The notes under the pieces were generated by a model. That model was not told the DNA's origin and made no database searches. It worked only from the letters and a program-made list of their open reading frames with translations. The position numbers were made by a program, and so were the translations under genes. Source: an uncultured Alphaproteobacteria bacterium (GTDB taxonomy: Bacteria; Pseudomonadota; Alphaproteobacteria; Rhizobiales; Xanthobacteraceae). From it: DNA of 64,000 nucleotides. Shown piece by piece: positions 58,260-64,000 of this stretch. Where the stretch lies: NCBI GenBank assembly GCA_963749625.1, contig CAVVNY010000011.1, positions 28,294 through 92,293 of the forward strand, in the 5' to 3' direction. Each line of letters opens with the position of its first letter. The stretch's first letter is position 1.

Positions 58260-61200
58260 TTATGCCGCGGTCGCCGGGTCCGCCGCCCTCTGAGCGCCTG
58301 TCGGAAAGAATTGCGAGAGGTCTTGCACCGGCACCGGACGGCTAAACAGGTAGCCCTGCATCTCGGAGCAGCCCAGTATGCGGAGCATATCCTTTTGCTG
58401 TTCGGTCTCGACGCCCTCGGCAACGGTGACGACATTGCGCGCCTTGGCAACCGTAATGACCGCCTGCACGATGGCGAGAGAATTGTCGTCGCTGGCGATG
58501 TTCTCGATGAAGGATCGATCTATCTTGATCTTGTCGAATGGAATACGTTGCAGGTACCGCAGCGAAGAGTACCCGGTGCCGAAATCATCCAGCGAGATCT
58601 GCACGCCCATCTCCCGCAGCTGGGCTATCTTGCCGAGCGTCGCCTCCTCGTTGTGAATAATCGCCGTCTCGGTAATCTCCAGTTCCAGCCTGCGTGCCGG
58701 CAGGCCGGACGCCGCAAGCGCGCCGACGACCGTCAGGACTTGGGCCGGATTTTTGAATTGAACCGGCGAAACATTGACCGAGATCTTGATGCCGTCCGGC
58801 CAAGTCGCGGCTTCGGTACAGGCCGTTCTCAGCGCCCATTCGCCAAGCTGATCGATGAGGCCGGTCTCCTCGGCGATTGGGATGAATTCGGCCGGCGAGA
58901 TCATGCCGCGTTCGGGATGGTGCCAGCGCAGAAGCGCCTCGCAACCGGTGATCGCGCCATCTCGAAGATTGATGAACGGCTGATAATAAAGCTCGAATTG
59001 ATCGCACATGATCGCCTGACGCAACTCGAATTCCAGCGCGCTCCGCGCCTTTACGCGCGCATCCATCTCCGGCTCAAAGAAGCAAAACGTGCCGCGCCCG
59101 TTGGCCTTGGCCTGATACATGGCCAAATCCGCGTTCTTCAGCAGCTGCTCCGCTTCGACGCCGTTGTCTGGCGACATGGCGACGCCGATGCTGGTGCCGA
59201 CGATGAAGCGGTGACCGCCTATGTCGTACGGTTCCTTGAGCGCTTCTTGAATTCGCATGGCCAAATAGGCGACATCCGGCGGCCGCTTGACGGCGGCCTG
59301 AATAATGCCGAATTCGTCGCCGCCGAGCCGCGCCAGCGTATCGAGATTCCGGACGCAGCCTTGCAGTCGGCCGGCGACTTCTTTCAGCAATTCGTCGCCG
59401 CCCAAATGTCCGAGCGTGTCGTTGATAATTTTGAAGTTATCGAGGTCGAGGTAGAGCACGGCGAAATGCTCGCCGCGGGCGACCCGCTTGAGCGCCTGGT
59501 CAAGCTTCTCGCGGAACTGCGTACGATTCGCCAGATCGGTTAGCGCGTCATGATGCGCGGCATAGGAGATGCGCTCCTCCGCCCGTCTTAATTCGGTGAC
59601 GTCTTCGTGGGTGGTTACCCAGCCGCCGTCCGCGGTCGGATGGTCGACGATCGAAATGATGCGCCCATCGCGCAAGGTCGCGTACTTTCTGACCGTCGTG
59701 CCGCGGTTCAGCTTGTCGCGCAGATCGCTGACGAACGTTTCGATGTCGGCGGTAAAGAAACTGTCGTTCTTGATGCGCCAAGCAATAATGTCGCGAAACG
59801 GGCAGCCGGGTTTTACGATCTCGGGCGGCAGACGGTACATATTGAGATAGCGCTGGTTGCATATGACAAGCTTGGCCGACGCGTCGAACAGCGCGAGGCC
59901 CTGCGACATATTGCTGAGCGCCGCATCGCGTTGACGCTGTTGTTCCTCTTTCGCATTTTCGGCCTTGACCATGTCGGTAACGTCTTCATGGATGGCGACC
60001 CATCCGCCGCCTGCAACCGGCTGGTTGGCAATCTGAACGATGCGCCCATCGCGCAGCGTCGTTACTTTTCTTACGCTCGTCCCTTGCCGTGCAGCCGCTA
60101 ACAGCTCGTTGATGTACTGCTGGGGATCGTCGGTAAAAAACATACCGGTCGCGACACGGTAATTGAGAAGATCACTGAGAGGGCAGCCGGGTTTTACGAC
60201 CTCGGGCGACAGGCCATACATATCGAGATAACGCCGGTTGCAGATGACAAGCCGGGCTGACGAATCAAACATTACAAGGCCCTGCAACATCAGCGCAAGG
60301 CAACGTCGACTTTCGCCTGTTCTTTGGCAAGCGCGGCTTCTGAACTGACAAGACGATTGGTGTGATTGATCAATGCTCGAAGAAGAAATACCGAGCAAAT
60401 AATGACGAGCAGCGTGCCGATGCCGATGGTGAGCGCATGATTGCGCCAGCCTGCGAGCGCGGCGGTTTCCGAAATGGCAACATCGATGACGAGCGGATAA
60501 TGCGACAGCGGCCGCACGGCGACGAGGCGTGCGGTGTGGTCGAAATAGCCGGGCGATCGATAGCGTGCCGCCGCCTTGCGAAACCAACCGGTACCAGGGC
60601 GACTCCGTCCGGTATCACGTCGCCGCCGCGGTCTTTCGGGTCCGGGTAGCGCAGGATCACCGTTCCGTCGTCGCGCAACAGCAGAAACGACTGGTCGGGC
60701 AGCGACGTGATCGAATTGTAGATGGCCTGGAAATAAGTGACCCTGACGCCAACCAGGATCAAACCGAGAAATGCGTTGTTGGAGTCGTTGATGCGTTTGC
60801 CGAAGAAAATCGTCTGCAATCCTCGTGGTGCGATCGGCGACGGGTTTGCCGACGAAGATGCCTTTGTCGTCATCATTTTTGAAGTGCTGAAAATAGTCAC
60901 GATCCGTAAACGTCGACGCCCGGCGACGGCCACTTCTGGGTGGTGACCAGTACCCGTCCATTCTTGTCAATCAGCGCGATGAGGCCGGCCTGCGACAGAT
61001 GCGACAGACTGTCCAGCAGCGAATGATAGGTGTTCTTGTCTTGCTCGAGATGCCGTAATTTTCGTCGGTCGTGGCGCCGAGGTTTTCCAGCCGGACTTGG
61101 ATCTCGTTCAGTACCAAGTCGATCGATTGAACTGCAAGGTTTGTTTGCTCGGCCAGTACCGTTGCGAGATTGCCGTTGTCGTTGGTCGCGTCGCTGATCG

Positions 61201-61333
61201 CATCGGAGCGAAGCCACCAAACCGTCATACCGATGGCAATGACGGCGGCGCCAAGAATGCCAGCGGCAACGGCAACCAAAAACCGAAAAATCGATCGGTC
61301 GGCACGCGCGGATATTTGTCTGAACCAGGTCAT
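58260..61333 (-). pseudogene. Cache-PAS-PAS-GGDEF-EAL gene broken by six frameshifts at 60290-61050 (pseudogene or sequencing errors)
   Basis: Contiguous in-family segments across track ORFs 60971, 60897, 60290, 60370 and 58260; LGGDEF and CEALLRW are intact. Confidence 0.8.
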
Positions 61334-61609
61334 TGTCGGTTGAAATAGGCATAAGCAAAACACGTTTTCGTTGCGTAAAAAGCGATATCTAATCGATTGA
61401 TTGAGTAAATGGTTTTCTAAATCTTGGACCGGCTAGGTCGGCAAGAGGCCGTTAACCAAACGAATGCGTCAAAATTACTCTTAAACGCAATGCGGGCAAC
61501 GAAGACCAAGCCCTGACGCCGCGTTCGGGGTTCGGCAGCGCCCGTCTCAAGCGTGCTCCGTGGGGATGCCTTGCTTTGGCGGAAGGGGAGTTTCCACAAA
61601 CGCGCTGCG

Positions 61610-61636
61610 AATGTCCGCTGGCCCGGAGCGGACATT
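61610..61636. repeat. ATGTCCGCT..AGCGGACAT-type small palindrome
   Basis: AATGTCCGCT-N7-AGCGGACATT perfect 10-bp stem; partial AAGCGGAC matches near 63535 and 63635. Confidence 0.65.
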
Positions 61637-61832
61637 AAGGCGGCAAGGCGTTGTCACATGGCAGCTGCCACGAGACGCGGCGTTGATTTAAGACCGCACA
61701 AATTCGGAAATTTTAAATTTAGCTGCTGCTAACCGATCTAAACGAACTACGTATAATTCCTGAGGCCCAAAATGGTTGGCGCGTACCTCGGCTTAATCGT
61801 GTCGTTGATAAGGGTGCATGCACTGAGGCACC

Positions 61833-62870
61833 TTGGAAATGACTGTCAACGGCATGCTGACAAGTATTGCTGGCGCAATGGTTCAGCGCCGCGTCAGCCC
61901 AATTTCGCGCGTTGGTTTTTTTCTCACCGTTGCGATGGCGGCTGCCGCGGTCGTTATTTCAGTGGCCACGGTGCTCGTGTTCCTCAATCTTCCAAATATC
62001 CTGCCTCTGGTCCTCGGTGTTCTGGTTCTGGACGGCATAAGCCGGCTCGCACCGCAAACGTTAAATATCCAAGCCGTTCAGACGACCCTCTATGGCATAT
62101 TATATTTGGTGATTACGTGCTTCAGCGGCGTCCTCGCTGCCTATGCCATGCAGCGTTTCGCCTTTCCGCTTCAAGACCGTCTTTTCACGCGCGTCGACGC
62201 GGCGCTCGGCGTGAATTGGTTCGCCATCGCCCATTGGGTTGATGGCCATCTGGAAATCCAAAGAGTTCTGAAATTTGCTTACGCCAGCATGGGGGCTCAG
62301 ATCGCGATTCCGGTTGTCGTTCTGGCGTTCGCAAATCGACTGAGCGATCTCCGCATCTATCTTCTTGCCTTCACTCTCGCGCTCGCCGTCACGACGATTA
62401 TTGGCGCGCTGCTGCCGGCGGCCAGCCCGATAGTGTTGGTAGATCGGACGACTTTCAACGTTCTGCGATTTAGCGGCGCAACGCCGATCGAACATTTGGC
62501 GCGTCTGCGCGCGGCAGCGCCCATAGTCTTGAGCGGCAGCCTCGGCGGCGTCATCGCCTTTCCCTCGTTCCACGCGGCAGTCGCGACGCTGACGCCGCTC
62601 GTTTTGTACCGCTATCGGGGCCTCTTCGTCGCCTTGCTCCTTTTGGATGCGGCCATGCTCGGCGGCTGCGTCACCGAGGGGGCGCATTATCTTAGCGACG
62701 TCCTCGCGGGAATAGGCATTGTATTTTTCGCGTACTTTTTAGCAAAGCGCATCATCGACCTGGAAGATCGTCCGCCGCCGCACCACCTCGATCGGTCCAT
62801 CGCCCCGCTTAGGGCTGAATGGGCCGGTCGTGACCCGATCTTCACGCGCGTTGAAAATCCGCCGAAGTAG
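61833..62870 (+). CDS. PAP2_3 / inositol-phosphorylceramide-synthase-like membrane protein
   Basis: Multiple TMs, AFPSFH, HYLSDV. Confidence 0.85.
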   Translation: MEMTVNGMLTSIAGAMVQRRVSPISRVGFFLTVAMAAAAVVISVATVLVFLNLPNILPLVLGVLVLDGISRLAPQTLNIQAVQTTLYGILYLVITCFSGVLAAYAMQRFAFPLQDRLFTRVDAALGVNWFAIAHWVDGHLEIQRVLKFAYASMGAQIAIPVVVLAFANRLSDLRIYLLAFTLALAVTTIIGALLPAASPIVLVDRTTFNVLRFSGATPIEHLARLRAAAPIVLSGSLGGVIAFPSFHAAVATLTPLVLYRYRGLFVALLLLDAAMLGGCVTEGAHYLSDVLAGIGIVFFAYFLAKRIIDLEDRPPPHHLDRSIAPLRAEWAGRDPIFTRVENPPK

Positions 62871-63312
62871 TGATTGTCGGTGCCGCCGAAGGCTGGAAAG
62901 AGTTCGGTGCCGAATTCGCTTTCCGGAAGCTACGGGTCGAATAGTTGTCGCCTATTGGCGATTTGCGGAAAATTCAGCCGCAGTCGTATTGGTCCGCTTT
63001 CGAGGGTAAAGCAAACGTCGCGGAGAAGAATCGTTCCCATCGCGTTCGGCAACATACGCGGCACTAAGTTGCGGGTTGCTATGTGTTTGCGATCGGACTG
63101 TGTGGCACGATCGCCCTACGCATTATGCGGTATCCGCAAGCATCGGAAGGCGAACAAGGCGGTGCCCAAATAGTTGTTTTTCGGGCGGCTTAGCTCGTGC
63201 AAAGTCAAGGCGTTATCCCGTCCACACCGCTCCGATTGAATCTCCGTCATAAGTTTGCAACAATTTTCGACCGAAAATTGCGGCTCGGTCGTCGCCTTTC
63301 CGGTAATGCGTC

Positions 63313-63498
63313 ATGCAAGTAAAAATTAAAGCGTTGCTTGAGCGCGCTCACGAATGTTTCGCGCAGGCCCGAGCAAGTAATCAGGCCAATGCGAAGCGTA
63401 AGCTTGAACTAATTGGCAACCAACTTTTGCAAGAGGCTCACGACCTCGCGGAAAGAAATGGTGATTGGACGCCGCTTAGAAGACGACGACGTCACTAA
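63313..63498 (+). CDS. Possible small helical protein
   Basis: 61-aa ORF only; no recognisable RBS or family. Confidence 0.35.
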   Translation: MQVKIKALLERAHECFAQARASNQANAKRKLELIGNQLLQEAHDLAERNGDWTPLRRRRRH

Positions 63499-63686
63499 AC
63501 ATCTTTCATCACGCTTAACGGTCGTTATTGACACAAAGCGGACACTCGCTGCGTCGCCATCGTTCGTTCGCTTTCGGATAAGAGCTGATATTGGTCGAGT
63601 TTTTGCTCGCGATGGTTTGCCGGCTTTTAACCAGAAGCGGACTCAACAGCCTCGATTGATGGGTGCATGCCCAAGTGCCGCCCGCC

Positions 63687-64000
63687 TCACGGCGGCGGCT
63701 CGGTAAGCAGCTTCTCGGTCCGGGCGCCGCGCAGGTCGTAAATCTCGGCATAGACCACGCCCTCGCGCTCGATCGTGGCCATGATCGGCGCCTGCAGATG
63801 TCGGCAATAGAAAGTGCCGAGCGCCAGGACGAAGTCGGCTTTCTTTTCGTCGAAGATGGTTTCGAATTGCGGGCCAAGCTCCTCTTGCGCCGACGATTGC
63901 GGCCCGCAGATCGCCACTACCCAGCGCCGTCCTTGCGGCGGGTGCTCGGCGCCGGCGCGCGAGCCGTGCGCGCAATTCGTCGGCCGCCTGTTTGAAGGCG
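63687..64000 (-). CDS. C-terminus of a membrane glycosyltransferase-like (GT39/PMT-type) protein; 5' partial; +1 frameshift near 63955
   Basis: AFKQAADELRARLAR / GAEHPPQGRRWVVAICGP..ADFVLALGTFYC..IYDLRG; family call from memory of similar proteins. Confidence 0.55.
   Translation of the reverse strand, partial: PSNRRPTNCAHGSRAGAEHPPQGRRWVVAICGPQSSAQEELGPQFETIFDEKKADFVLALGTFYCRHLQAPIMATIEREGVVYAEIYDLRGARTEKLLTEPPP

Noticed and set aside
58224-59543. 439-aa plus-strand ORF
   Set aside because: Antisense shadow of the GGDEF-EAL gene.
62874-63173. 99-aa ORF in the AT-richer gap
   Set aside because: No RBS or family features and atypical composition; probably spurious.

Overview
GC-rich alphaproteobacterial chromosome segment (gene content and repeats suggest Hyphomicrobiales; inferred). 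I saw no rRNA, tRNA, CRISPR array, transposase or integrase. 1-23 kb is catabolic and transport genes: a Liv-type ABC transporter, two TTT/Bug binding proteins, a LigI-like lactonase with SDR and GST, LysR plus a decarboxylating dehydrogenase plus atzG/atzE/atzH-like genes, scoAB, hpaH/hpaI and an oxaloacetate decarboxylase-like gene. 23.7-39 kb is one tightly packed minus-strand run: folP-folB-folK, methylmalonyl-CoA mutase genes with meaB, pyroglutamyl peptidase, a TIGR03808 beta-helix protein, DUF3750, DUF6282 and a four-gene ArsS-type radical SAM/glycosyltransferase operon. 39-49.6 kb is housekeeping genes. 49.7-64 kb is a more AT-rich signalling/envelope region with two Cache-PAS-GGDEF-EAL genes, an orphan CheY, a two-permease MacB/FtsX ABC system with a thioredoxin-fold partner, and a PAP2-like protein. 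At least 13 single-base frameshifts, one of them in folP, indicate sequencing or assembly indel errors, so apparent pseudogenes and fusions need caution. Best candidates for undescribed biology: the ArsS-type operon with a Cys-bearing degenerate metallophosphoesterase and no arsM in the window, and the MacB/FtsX system with a CxxC-less Trx-like partner. Family assignments come from motif recognition, not database searches.
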